DNA from: Tepidisphaera sp.
GTDB taxonomy: Bacteria > Planctomycetota > Phycisphaerae > Phycisphaerales > UBA1924
Direction: 5' to 3'
NCBI GenBank assembly: GCA_050916045.1
Contig: CP051526.1
Span: 3,328,001 to 3,392,000, forward strand
Length of the DNA: 64,000 bases
Shown here piece after piece: positions 31,629 to 41,111 of the stretch. How positions within the stretch are numbered: position 1 is the first letter of the stretch; the number at the start of each line of letters is the position of its first letter. The notes beneath the pieces were generated by a model, which saw only the letters and a program-made list of their open reading frames with translations, did not search any database and had not been told where the DNA came from. The translations under genes were made by a program, and so were the position numbers.

Positions 31629-34600
31629 GTGGCAGACCTTCCCCCCATCGAATCACAAGCCCCAAAAACAACCGAGATTCCGCTCTCGCACGTTCTCGTC
31701 GAGGAGTACGAAGCACAGTTCGGCCCCTTGGACGCCGAGCGCCGTGATTCCATCCTCAAAAACCCTCCTGCCCACGGCGGCAACACGCACGAAGCCCGCG
31801 CCCACGCCGCTTTCTTCGCGTTCCTCCACGAAAGCGCTCGGAATCCTCCGAGCGACGCAAAGGGCCCGTCCGACGGCAAACGCTCGGCGCTCTGCCTCTC
31901 CGGCGGAGGCATCCGCTCGGCGACGTTCAACCTCGGCGTGCTTCAGCGTCTCGCGCGGATCGGACTGCTCAAGAAGATTGACTTCCTGTCGACGGTTTCC
32001 GGCGGCGGCTACATCGGCTCCTGGCTTTCCGCGTGGCTCTACAACGCCGACCACGACATCGACTCGGTCCAGGAACAGCTCTCGGTGGTCACGCGCAAGC
32101 ACAAAGACCCCGTCAACCCCGAACCCGGCCCGGTCAAGATGCTTCGCCGCTACAGCCGGTTCCTCAGCCCGCGTGCCGGCCTCCTCTCCGCCGACACCTG
32201 GACCCTCTTTGCGATCTACCTCCGCAACCTGCTCCTCACCTGGTCCGTCTTCCTCCCGCTCTTGGCCGCAGGGGTCATGGTCGTCAAGGTCATGGCCTCG
32301 GGCCTCAGCCTGCTCCATGCAGCCGCTCGCAAAGACGACAGTGGCAACGAGTGGACCAGAGCGATCCTCGCCGCCGTCGTCTTCCTCCTCGGCTCGGCAC
32401 TGGGCATGGCGCTCTTCACACAGACAAGCCTCGCGACACGCCTCTCCGAAGTCTCCGCCAAGGGCCTCCGCCCCGTCCGCAACGTGACCTTCGTGCTCTG
32501 GTGGCTGGCCCCCGTCATGCTCGGATGCGTCGCCCTCGCCGGCGTGCCCGCGGTCCCGCCGCTCGAGGGCCGCTCCGCATGGGACGCCGTGATCGGGCTC
32601 ATCGCCGGCATGGCGATGCTCATCCTCTTTGCCATCCGACTCATGGTTCAGCGACGCATCTCCGAGCGCGAGCACACCCCCGCGACGCCGCGGCCGCGCT
32701 CGGATGAGCCCGCGGTCCCCGCATCCACGATCAAGCGGGTGTGGCGCTGGCTCAACGAACCCTTCAACACGTTCGTGTTCCTGGTGGTCATCGTCACAAT
32801 CGGAGGCCCCACGCTCTTCCTCCCCGCGTGGTCTCTCTTCGAGTCCGGCCAGGTCTCGTTCCTCATCCAGCACCTTGCGTTCGGAGCCTACCTCGGCGTC
32901 CTGGGCATCCTCCCCGCGATGCCGCTCTTCGAAACCTGGCGCCGCCGCGGTCTCCACCTCCTCGCGGCCTTCTGCGGAGGAGCAACCTCAGGTCTGGTCC
33001 TCTGGCTCGGACGCCTCGCCCTGCTCGCCGCCAAACCGAGCCCCGCCGCCGCCGACTCCCTCGACCTCACGCACGAGCTCTGGATCGCCCAACTCGCCAC
33101 CTTCGGCCCGCCCCTCGCCGCCCTCTCGATCGCCACCGGCGCCGTCGTCTACGTCGGGTTCATCAGCCGAAGCATCATGGCCTGGGACGCCGACCGCGAA
33201 TGGTGGGCCCGCGCCGGCGCTCTCATTCTCCGCTTCGCCGTCGCGTGGATGGTCGTCTTCGGCGTCGTGATCTTCGGCCCGCCCGCGCTCGTCTGGGCCT
33301 ACGGCGCAAGCAAGGAAGCCATCGTCGGCCTCGGCGGCCTCACCGGCCTGGCCACCATCCTGCTCGGCGCATCCGGCTCCACGCCCGCCGCTTCGGATTC
33401 TGGCTCCCGAGAACGGGCAAACCCCATCACATCCGTCGCGCTCCGTCTCGCCGCTCCGATCTTCATCCTCCTCTTCTTCGCTTTCCTCTCCTTCGTCCTC
33501 GGCCGCACGATCATCGCCATGGCCGGCATCGACCCCTCGACGTGGCATATCCCCGACGCAGCCTGGCTCTCCAAGCTCGCCCCCGAGATCACGTCCACCT
33601 CGTACCAGGCCTTCGGCGCAAGCTTGCTTCTCGTCGTTCTGCTCGCCGTCGCCTTCGTGATCCCCTCCGTCTTCGTCAACCTGACGAAGTTCTCCCTCCA
33701 CGGCATGTACCGCGACCGCCTCATCCGCGCCTTCCTCGGCGCGAGCGCCCCCAAGCCCGACCGCGACGCTTTCACCGACTTCGACGACCGCGACAACATC
33801 TTCCTCGGCAAGATCCGCGTGGGCGCCCTCCGCGTTCGTGACCTCGCGACCACCGCCGATCGCAAGCACTACCCGCTCATCCTCGCCCTCTGCGCCACTT
33901 CGCCGACGATCCTTCCCGACGCGACGCCACGCGACAAGCTCCTCTCCATCCTGCGTCGGTGGGTCGAAGGTGTCGGCCAGCCCACGCCCGCTGTTCCCCA
34001 CGTCTCCGGCGTCTTCCCACGCCTGCGACTGTGGGTTCACGCTCTCGAAGCCTCCGCCTTCCGCCGCAAACCGATCAAGCTCACCGCCTCCGGCGTCGGC
34101 GTCATCGCCCGTGACGTCGTCGAACGACTGAACGACCTTCTCTGCACCACCGTGCTCGACGATGACTTCCTCGCCAACCCGACCGCCCACTTCGAGCCGC
34201 AGCGAATCTCCCCGACCCAGATCGTCCGCAACCGCCGCTGGCTCCAAACCCACCTTGGCGGCCTTCTCGCCAACCTCCCCGAGAACGCCCGCACCGACCA
34301 ACGCCCCTTCCACATCGTCAACGTCGCCCTCAACATCGTGGCAGGCAGCAACAACGCCTGGCAGGACCGCAAAGCCGCATCCCTTACTTTCTCCCCCTAC
34401 CACGCCGGCACCTCCCACCTCGGCTACCGCGACACCCGCCTCTACGGCGGTGCCCGCGGCGTCAGCCTCGGAAGCGCCATGACGCTCTCCGGTGCCGCCG
34501 TCAGCCCCAACCAGGGCTACCACTCCTCCCCGCCCATCGCGTTCCTGCTGGCGCTCTTCAACGTCCGACTCGGTGCCTGGCTCGGCAACCCCGGCCCGCG

Positions 34601-35321
34601 CGGCGAACGCACCCACAAGCTCAACGCCCCCCGCTTCATCGGCTCCTTCTTCCCCCTCAAGGAAGCTCTCGGCTTCACCAACGACGACGACCAGTTCATC
34701 TACCTCTCCGACGGCGGCCACTTCGACAACCTCGGCCTCTACGAGATGGTCCAGCGCCGCTGCCACTCCATCGTCGTCGTCGACGCCGGAGCCGACCCCA
34801 ATGGCGAACTCTTCGACCTCGGAAACGCCATCCGCAAGATCCGCATCGATCTCGGCATCCCCATCGACCTCGACGATTTCGACCTTCACCCCAAACGCCC
34901 CGAGCCCGACTGCCCGGCGCCCCACCCAGGCTCCAGTTGCGGCCTGGGCACCATCCGGTACGACGTCGTCGACGGCCCCCAAGCCCCGCGCGGACGCCTG
35001 CTCTACATCAAGCCCTGCATCTACTGGAAAGAGCCCGCCGACGTCCTCAACTACGCACGCTCCTCCAAGGACTTCCCCCACGAAACCACCACCGACCAGT
35101 GGTTCAGCGAACCTCAGTTCGAAAGCTACCGCCAGCTCGGCTGGCACATCATGAAGACCATCTCCTCCGGCGGCGACTGCAAGAACATCCACGAACTCAT
35201 CGACCGCGCTCAGGCCTACCTCGATCGCTACCACGCCGACCACAACACCAGCGAATCTTGGGAAAGCACCCTGGCAGCCATGGAGGCTGGCGGTCACTTC
35301 GCCAAACGCCCGCCCAGATGA
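31629..35321 (+). CDS. Multi-pass membrane patatin/cPLA2-like phospholipase
   Basis: SGGGIRSA oxyanion motif; STVSGG nucleophile; SDGGHFDNLG; many TM helices between the motifs. Confidence 0.85.
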   Translation: MADLPPIESQAPKTTEIPLSHVLVEEYEAQFGPLDAERRDSILKNPPAHGGNTHEARAHAAFFAFLHESARNPPSDAKGPSDGKRSALCLSGGGIRSATFNLGVLQRLARIGLLKKIDFLSTVSGGGYIGSWLSAWLYNADHDIDSVQEQLSVVTRKHKDPVNPEPGPVKMLRRYSRFLSPRAGLLSADTWTLFAIYLRNLLLTWSVFLPLLAAGVMVVKVMASGLSLLHAAARKDDSGNEWTRAILAAVVFLLGSALGMALFTQTSLATRLSEVSAKGLRPVRNVTFVLWWLAPVMLGCVALAGVPAVPPLEGRSAWDAVIGLIAGMAMLILFAIRLMVQRRISEREHTPATPRPRSDEPAVPASTIKRVWRWLNEPFNTFVFLVVIVTIGGPTLFLPAWSLFESGQVSFLIQHLAFGAYLGVLGILPAMPLFETWRRRGLHLLAAFCGGATSGLVLWLGRLALLAAKPSPAAADSLDLTHELWIAQLATFGPPLAALSIATGAVVYVGFISRSIMAWDADREWWARAGALILRFAVAWMVVFGVVIFGPPALVWAYGASKEAIVGLGGLTGLATILLGASGSTPAASDSGSRERANPITSVALRLAAPIFILLFFAFLSFVLGRTIIAMAGIDPSTWHIPDAAWLSKLAPEITSTSYQAFGASLLLVVLLAVAFVIPSVFVNLTKFSLHGMYRDRLIRAFLGASAPKPDRDAFTDFDDRDNIFLGKIRVGALRVRDLATTADRKHYPLILALCATSPTILPDATPRDKLLSILRRWVEGVGQPTPAVPHVSGVFPRLRLWVHALEASAFRRKPIKLTASGVGVIARDVVERLNDLLCTTVLDDDFLANPTAHFEPQRISPTQIVRNRRWLQTHLGGLLANLPENARTDQRPFHIVNVALNIVAGSNNAWQDRKAASLTFSPYHAGTSHLGYRDTRLYGGARGVSLGSAMTLSGAAVSPNQGYHSSPPIAFLLALFNVRLGAWLGNPGPRGERTHKLNAPRFIGSFFPLKEALGFTNDDDQFIYLSDGGHFDNLGLYEMVQRRCHSIVVVDAGADPNGELFDLGNAIRKIRIDLGIPIDLDDFDLHPKRPEPDCPAPHPGSSCGLGTIRYDVVDGPQAPRGRLLYIKPCIYWKEPADVLNYARSSKDFPHETTTDQWFSEPQFESYRQLGWHIMKTISSGGDCKNIHELIDRAQAYLDRYHADHNTSESWESTLAAMEAGGHFAKRPPR

Positions 35322-35544
35322 GGCCCTCGCCCCCCCACCTCCCCACCTCCAACCCCGCCTTCCTCCCCGCGCCGATCGAAAGGCCGCTCCGAGGTCCGAA
35401 AACGTCCCGCGTGCAATGACGCGGTTTCGCCACACGCCCCCCTCGCATTTTGATCCCGCCGCCCCGTTCGTCCGATGGGATGTCTGTCGGCATCACGCTT
35501 TGTCGCGCGATGGCCGACAGGCTCTTCTCCCAAGGAGCGTTCGC

Positions 35545-35790
35545 GTGGCTTCCAAACCCAATCCCAGCCCCCGCCCTTCCATCAACCCCGACCGCCTCTG
35601 CGATGCGTCGGTCGTCTGCCTCAAAGCGGCCGCGGAAGCCAGCGAACTCACGGGCGACACCTTCCCCTTCCCTCTCGACCTCTGGGACACCGATCTGGGC
35701 GAACGCCACTACCGCGGCTTCCTCAAGATCGAGATCGCGGAAGCCTCCCGCTTCCTCGTCCGTCTCGGCTACATCGCCAAAGCCGCCTGA
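35545..35790 (+). CDS. Small hypothetical protein
   Basis: AAGGAG before GTG 35545; coding-like codon usage. Confidence 0.55.
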   Translation: MASKPNPSPRPSINPDRLCDASVVCLKAAAEASELTGDTFPFPLDLWDTDLGERHYRGFLKIEIAEASRFLVRLGYIAKAA

Positions 35791-35793
35791 TCG

Positions 35794-36048
35794 CTATCGC
35801 TTGGACTTGCTCTTCGCGATCGCGTTCGCGACCGCCAAAAGCACCAGCGCCCCGATCGTCGCGGTGATGATCTTGGCAAGCAGCGACTTGGCGTCAAACC
35901 CGAGCACGCCCACGAGGAAGTGCCCGATCACGCTCCCCACCACGCCGATCACCATGTTGCCGATCACGCCGTACCCGCCCCCGCCGCGGATCAGCCCCGC
36001 GAGCCACCCGGCGATCAGCCCGATCAACAGCGCGTAAACCAGGTCCAT
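35794..36048 (-). CDS. GlsB/YeaQ/YmgE (transglycosylase-associated) membrane protein
   Basis: LLIGLIAGWLAG..GGGYGVIGNMVIGVVGS..ATIGALVLL. Confidence 0.9.
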   Translation of the reverse strand: MDLVYALLIGLIAGWLAGLIRGGGGYGVIGNMVIGVVGSVIGHFLVGVLGFDAKSLLAKIITATIGALVLLAVANAIAKSKSKR

Positions 36049-36110
36049 CAAGCCTCCCTGCTTCCAAAGCCGTCGCACGAATCCGACACGCTTGCGGCTA
36101 TCCTGTCCGC

Positions 36111-37187
36111 ATGCTCCGCCGGACGTGCTCCATCATTCTTGGCTCCCTCCTCGCGCTGGGTCTTCCCGCCTGCTCCGGCTCGCCGCGTCTTGGCGACCGC
36201 CTCGAGCGCCGCGGAGACGAGATCGTGATCGCCGGCCAGTACTTCCACACCGGCGCCCCCGTCATCCTCTGGACCGATCCCGGCGGCTACGACGCTTACC
36301 GCGTCGAACGTCGCTTCGCTGAGTTCAGCCAGTCCGACTGGGACACGACGCTCAAGGAATGGCAAGCCAGGAACGATGGTCGCGTCCTCACCCCCAACCG
36401 CTACGGCCTCCGCAACGTCGGCCTCTCCGACGAAGAGCGCGAAGCCGTCCGTGGCGGCGGCTGGTCCCTCGCCCAGCTCCAGGAACACCTCGACCAGTTC
36501 GTCCTCCACTACGACGTCTGCGGCACCTCCAAGCAGTGCTTCAACATCCTGCACGACCATCGCGGCCTGTCCATCCACTTCATGATCGACGTCGACGGCA
36601 CGATCTACCAGACCCTCGACCTCAAGGAACGTGCCCGCCACGCCACCATCGCCAACGACCGCTCCGTCGGCGTCGAGATCGCCAACATGGGCGCGTACAC
36701 CGCCGAGCAGGCAAGCACGCTCGACGCGTGGTACGCGAAGGACGCCGCCGGCCAGACCTTCCTCACGTTCCCGCCCCGCTTCGGCGATGGCGGCCTGCGC
36801 GTCAAAGGCCTCACGCTCCGCCCCGCTCGCAACGAGCCCATCACCGGCGAGGTCCAGGGCTTGACCCTCACGATGTACGACCTCACTCCCCAGCAGTACG
36901 CAAGCCTCGCCCGCCTCTCGGCGACCCTCTGCACCGTCCTGCCAAAGATCACGCCCGACTACCCGCGAAACCCGGATGGCTCGCTCATCACCAAGGTCCT
37001 GCCGGAAGCCGAGTTCAAAGCGTGCTCAGGCATCCTGGGCCACTACCACATCCAAGCCAACAAGCAGGACCCGGGACCGGCTCTCAACTGGGACTGGCTC
37101 ATGGACGAAACCAAGCGGCTGATGCGCGAGCGCCCCGAAGCCCTCGAAACCGACGCTCCCGATGTTCCCGACCGTTCGCCCGACTAA
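36111..37187 (+). CDS. N-acetylmuramoyl-L-alanine amidase (Amidase_2/AmpD-like), probable lipoprotein
   Basis: FVLHYD; SIHFMID.DGTIYQ; ARHA; SVGVEIAN; GILGH..KQDPG; LPAC lipobox. Confidence 0.88.
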   Translation: MLRRTCSIILGSLLALGLPACSGSPRLGDRLERRGDEIVIAGQYFHTGAPVILWTDPGGYDAYRVERRFAEFSQSDWDTTLKEWQARNDGRVLTPNRYGLRNVGLSDEEREAVRGGGWSLAQLQEHLDQFVLHYDVCGTSKQCFNILHDHRGLSIHFMIDVDGTIYQTLDLKERARHATIANDRSVGVEIANMGAYTAEQASTLDAWYAKDAAGQTFLTFPPRFGDGGLRVKGLTLRPARNEPITGEVQGLTLTMYDLTPQQYASLARLSATLCTVLPKITPDYPRNPDGSLITKVLPEAEFKACSGILGHYHIQANKQDPGPALNWDWLMDETKRLMRERPEALETDAPDVPDRSPD

Positions 37188-38416
37188 AAGTCACGACCCG
37201 CGAGGCCGTGGCGCGTCGATAGCACGGGAAACGGCACCGCGCCATAGGGGCGATTCACGGGACCGTCCCCGGCCGGGCTCGCGAGATCAACCGTGCCGGC
37301 GGAACCATCCCCTCGCCCGGCGGTGTAGAGCTTGCGTCCCTCCTGGCCGGCCGTCACGAGATGATCCCCGCTGCTCACATCGAAGGTCAGACCCTTCGCC
37401 GAGGGGAACCTCACATCCCCGAGCAGCGAGCCGCGTATCAGCGTGTCATCGACCGGCGCATCATCCGGCCCCCAATACTGCGAGTAGGCGGAACACCCGT
37501 GAGCCAGATGAAAGCTCGACGTGAAGACGCTCTCCGGATATCCGCTGATCTGGTCCGATTCGCGATTGCCCGCGGACGTGACCGACTTCCGACTCGAGAG
37601 ATACGTCGGATGAAGCAGCGAAATCCAGACCTTCATGTTCGCGCGAAAGAACGGCAGACTCCCTTCCTCGTTCGACAGCAGGTCGTATCCGTTGACCATG
37701 AGCGGGCCGGTCGGGTTCCCCACGGTGCCGATGAAGGGGAAGAAGTCCTTCGCGTCCGCCCCGTACGCGCCCAGCCCGACCGCGAGTTGCTGATGCGTCG
37801 AGAAGCTCGCCGTGACCCGCCCCTGCTTGCGCGCTTTCGAAAGCGCTGGAAGCGCCAAAGCGACGAGAATCGCGATGATGGCAATCACCACGAGCGTCTC
37901 GATCAGCGTGAAACCGGTTCGCGGTGCCCCCCCCACGACACGGAGGGGCCCAGCCGAAGGGGTCGCGAATGTACGGTCGCGACTTGGCAGCAACAGCCAG
38001 ATGTTGACCGTCAAGAGCGCGGCGTTTCTGACGAGGCCGACGGATACGTCCTCATTGGGGCCCATCGCGGATTTCGCGAATCCGAAACACCCGCAAGACA
38101 CACCGGACGGGCTGACCTTCAAAACAATGAGCGCCACAGTGAACACGAGCATCGTGATGAGCGTCGCACAAAGAGCGGGACGTAAAGCTATTCGCAACAG
38201 CAGTGCTGCGCCAAGCCATGCTTCCCAGATGACCATCGCGAACGAACACATGCTCGCCCACCCGCGACCGAACCCGACCAGATGCTCCACCACCAACGCG
38301 AACTGGGAGAGCGTGATCGCCTTGGTGAAGGCTGCCAGCAACATCACTGCACCAAGCATCGCCACCAAAGCCAGCCGCAGCGGGTCTTTATGTCCTCTTG
38401 CTGCGCCGATGTCCAT
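37184..38416 (-). CDS. MauE/DoxX membrane domain fused to a prepilin-type (DUF1559-like) domain
   Basis: AAFTKA..WEAWLG..SCGCFG..GLVRNAALL, then internal [25 protein letters not shown]. Confidence 0.8.
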   Translation of the reverse strand: MDIGAARGHKDPLRLALVAMLGAVMLLAAFTKAITLSQFALVVEHLVGFGRGWASMCSFAMVIWEAWLGAALLLRIALRPALCATLITMLVFTVALIVLKVSPSGVSCGCFGFAKSAMGPNEDVSVGLVRNAALLTVNIWLLLPSRDRTFATPSAGPLRVVGGAPRTGFTLIETLVVIAIIAILVALALPALSKARKQGRVTASFSTHQQLAVGLGAYGADAKDFFPFIGTVGNPTGPLMVNGYDLLSNEEGSLPFFRANMKVWISLLHPTYLSSRKSVTSAGNRESDQISGYPESVFTSSFHLAHGCSAYSQYWGPDDAPVDDTLIRGSLLGDVRFPSAKGLTFDVSSGDHLVTAGQEGRKLYTAGRGDGSAGTVDLASPAGDGPVNRPYGAVPFPVLSTRHGLAGRDF

Positions 38417-38417
38417 C

Positions 38418-38570
38418 TCAATACTCCAATGCCGTTACGCGTGACATGTCCGCGTTGTAGTCGCATATGCTGTCGAGCATCCATCGCTTGGAGAGAGTAT
38501 CCCAGTAAAGGAAGTGAACCCGCGGTCCTCGTGAGCCGTCTCCGAACTCGCAGACCACACCAACCTCCGC
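38418..38570 (-). pseudogene. Possible 3' remnant of a deleted gene
   Basis: Open stretch AEVGVVCEFGDGSRGPRVHFLYWDTLSKRWMLDSICDYNADMSRVTALEY* ends 1 nt before the MauE ATG; blocked upstream by TAG; lower GC. Confidence 0.35.
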
Positions 38571-38734
38571 CTAGGTCACCGCCATGCGAAACCAAGATCA
38601 CATCTACTTCGCATGATGAATCTCCTTAGCTGAGACTAGGGGGGGTGGGGGCGGATCAAGCACGCTTTCTCGAAAGGCTAACCACGATGTGGCATGATTT
38701 TGTGCCGCCCGAGGGGTCCCTCACCGATCAAAGT

Positions 38735-40996
38735 TCACACGACCACCGCTCGGCGCACCTCCTCAAGCTTCCGTGCGATCCATCCGTACGCCACCGCGAC
38801 GCCGAGCATCAGCACGCCGACCGCGAGGAAGCTCACCGCTCGCCAGAGCAGCGACACGCCCATCAGGTCGATCACGAGCACCTTCGCCGCGACCACCCCA
38901 AGCAACGCCAGGCCCGCCAGACGCGCCGGCTTGTACCCGCGAACGAACCCGAACGCGACCGCGAGCGTGCCGTAGACGGCCCACCACACCGAGAGCGTCG
39001 CGCGATGCGCCGTCGGATCCGCGAACACACGCGTCGCCATCCGGTGCGACTCGTACGACATCGGCACGAACGTCAGGATCACGAACGAACCCATCGCCAG
39101 CGCGGTCACCACGTCGATCCAAGGGTGTCGAGGCGCCCGCGAACGCAGACGCCCCGCCACCGCCAATCCCAGAACCCCCACCACGATCGAAGCCACCGTC
39201 GTCCCCATCACCACCGTGTCCCCGTTCAGGTCGCGGTGAATCGCCGACGGACCGGACCCGAAGACCACCGTCAGTGCACCAAACCACACCGCGCCCGCCG
39301 CCCACGCCGCGCCCGACCCCGGCCTCAAGAAATCCCACGCGAGGAAGCACGCCGCGAGGACCGCCCACACCGTCGCGATGCTCGCGCCCTGCGCGTTAAG
39401 GTTGACGAACGCGCCGAGTATCGTGAGCAGACCCGCCGCCATCGCAAAGGACGGAGCCACCTGACCCACCCGGATCCGGCCCGCACGATCCGCCCACTCA
39501 AGCACCACGCCGAACGACACCCACGCGATCCCGTTCACCACCGCCAGAATCGTCCAACGCGAAAGCACAAGACCAAGCCACGTCACTCGATGCGAGACTA
39601 ACTCCGGATCCGACACGTCCGCGATCAGAAGCCGGCCCGTGCAGATCAGCATCACCACCGCCGCATACACCGCAAGCGGCAACGACCGCATCCACACCGC
39701 CGCGAACACCGCGGCGACCCCCGCCGCAAGCCACACCGTCGACTCGGCCCACCCCGAGAGCGCGAGCGTCATCGCCGCCATCAGCAGCGCGCCACCCTGA
39801 GCCGTCAGGCCCGCGCCCAGCCGCTCACCGATCGTCCGCGGCGTCTCGCGAAGCACCCGTACGCCCGACGCAAGCACGAACCCCGCCACCCCCGTCAAGC
39901 CCGCCGCCGCCGCCGGCGCCACCCACCGCCCCACACCCACATCGTCCAGAAGCGTCAGCGCCAGCCCCACGCTCCAGATCGTCGTCGACAAGCTCGAAGC
40001 CACCGGACGCCACGTATCCCAGCCGTCCAAACGCTCACCCACCGCCGCCGGCTTCTGCCGGCCCGAGTCCAGCGCCTTGCTCGTCCAGATCAACTCCGCG
40101 TGCACCGCGATCCACACGAACGCGAGAAACGCAAGCCCCGGGATCGACATCCCGCTCGACTCCACGCCGCCCGTCCCGCCATATCGCAGCACCCACCACG
40201 CTCCGAGCGCCAGCGTGAACCACCAAGACATCGCCCGCGCCACCGCGAACGCCCCTCCCATCCACGCCGAAAGCAGCAGACCCGTCGCCAGCAGCATCCC
40301 GAGATAGAGAGGCGTGATCATCGGGTTCGTCTGATCGCCCGAAAGCAGGATCGGCGACAGATACCCGCCCAAGAGCGCCACGATCGCCACGGCCGCCAAT
40401 CGCGTCCGCGCCGAAATGACGACGCCCGCCGCGGTGCACAGGCCGAGAAGTGCAGCCGCGGCGGGCGCGTCGACGACCTGATACACCCCAAAGAGCGCGT
40501 ACGCCGCCGCGAAGAGCCCGCCCAGGCCCGCCGCGTTCAGCCCGACCAGCGCCCACGCGTTCACACGCTTCCGCAGCGCCTCCGCGATGACGAGAATGCC
40601 AGTTGCAATCGCCGCTCCCACCCCGCACTTCATGGCGGGCGACAAACCGCCGAACCACCCCTCCGCCATCGCAAGCCGAACCAAAAGCCCGATGCCCACG
40701 ACGAAGATCAACGCTCCCGCGATCGCGAACCACTTGCCACCCACGATCGATTCAAGATCAATCGCCTCCGCCGAATTTTCAGCGCTCGTCGGCGCGGTCT
40801 CCGCCGGCACCTCCGCGGAAACGTCGGCCTCTGCAGCGGCGGCGTGCAAGCTCCTCCACGCCGCGGCTTGCCTGTCGCGCACCGCGCGCCTGGACGGCTC
40901 GCCAGATGACGTGCCGTCAGAGGCAGGGACAGACGCGGGACCGGGAGCGGGAACGGGACCGGACGCGGGATCGGGTTGAAGCGGGGACTCGGCCAA
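38735..40996 (-). CDS. DUF2339 predicted membrane protein
   Basis: LESIVGGKWFAIAG; GGYLSPILLS; LSVWWAVYG; KVLVIDL..WRAVSFL. AGGAGG before TTG. Confidence 0.85.
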   Translation of the reverse strand: MAESPLQPDPASGPVPAPGPASVPASDGTSSGEPSRRAVRDRQAAAWRSLHAAAAEADVSAEVPAETAPTSAENSAEAIDLESIVGGKWFAIAGALIFVVGIGLLVRLAMAEGWFGGLSPAMKCGVGAAIATGILVIAEALRKRVNAWALVGLNAAGLGGLFAAAYALFGVYQVVDAPAAAALLGLCTAAGVVISARTRLAAVAIVALLGGYLSPILLSGDQTNPMITPLYLGMLLATGLLLSAWMGGAFAVARAMSWWFTLALGAWWVLRYGGTGGVESSGMSIPGLAFLAFVWIAVHAELIWTSKALDSGRQKPAAVGERLDGWDTWRPVASSLSTTIWSVGLALTLLDDVGVGRWVAPAAAAGLTGVAGFVLASGVRVLRETPRTIGERLGAGLTAQGGALLMAAMTLALSGWAESTVWLAAGVAAVFAAVWMRSLPLAVYAAVVMLICTGRLLIADVSDPELVSHRVTWLGLVLSRWTILAVVNGIAWVSFGVVLEWADRAGRIRVGQVAPSFAMAAGLLTILGAFVNLNAQGASIATVWAVLAACFLAWDFLRPGSGAAWAAGAVWFGALTVVFGSGPSAIHRDLNGDTVVMGTTVASIVVGVLGLAVAGRLRSRAPRHPWIDVVTALAMGSFVILTFVPMSYESHRMATRVFADPTAHRATLSVWWAVYGTLAVAFGFVRGYKPARLAGLALLGVVAAKVLVIDLMGVSLLWRAVSFLAVGVLMLGVAVAYGWIARKLEEVRRAVVV

Positions 40997-41025
40997 GAGA
41001 TCCTCCTTTGTTTGCGAACACTAGT

Positions 41026-41056
41026 TTAGTATTCACTAACAATGAGGCTGTGTCAA
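41026..41056 (-). promoter_or_regulatory. Promoter with a palindromic operator over the -10 box, upstream of DUF2339
   Basis: TTGACA (41056-41051), 17 nt, AATACT; TTAGT-N4-ACTAA at 41026-41039. Confidence 0.55.
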
Positions 41057-41111
41057 GTCCTTTTCGTCCAAGCCGATATGTTTGGGTATTGTCAGGTGAT
41101 CGCCGACGCCG

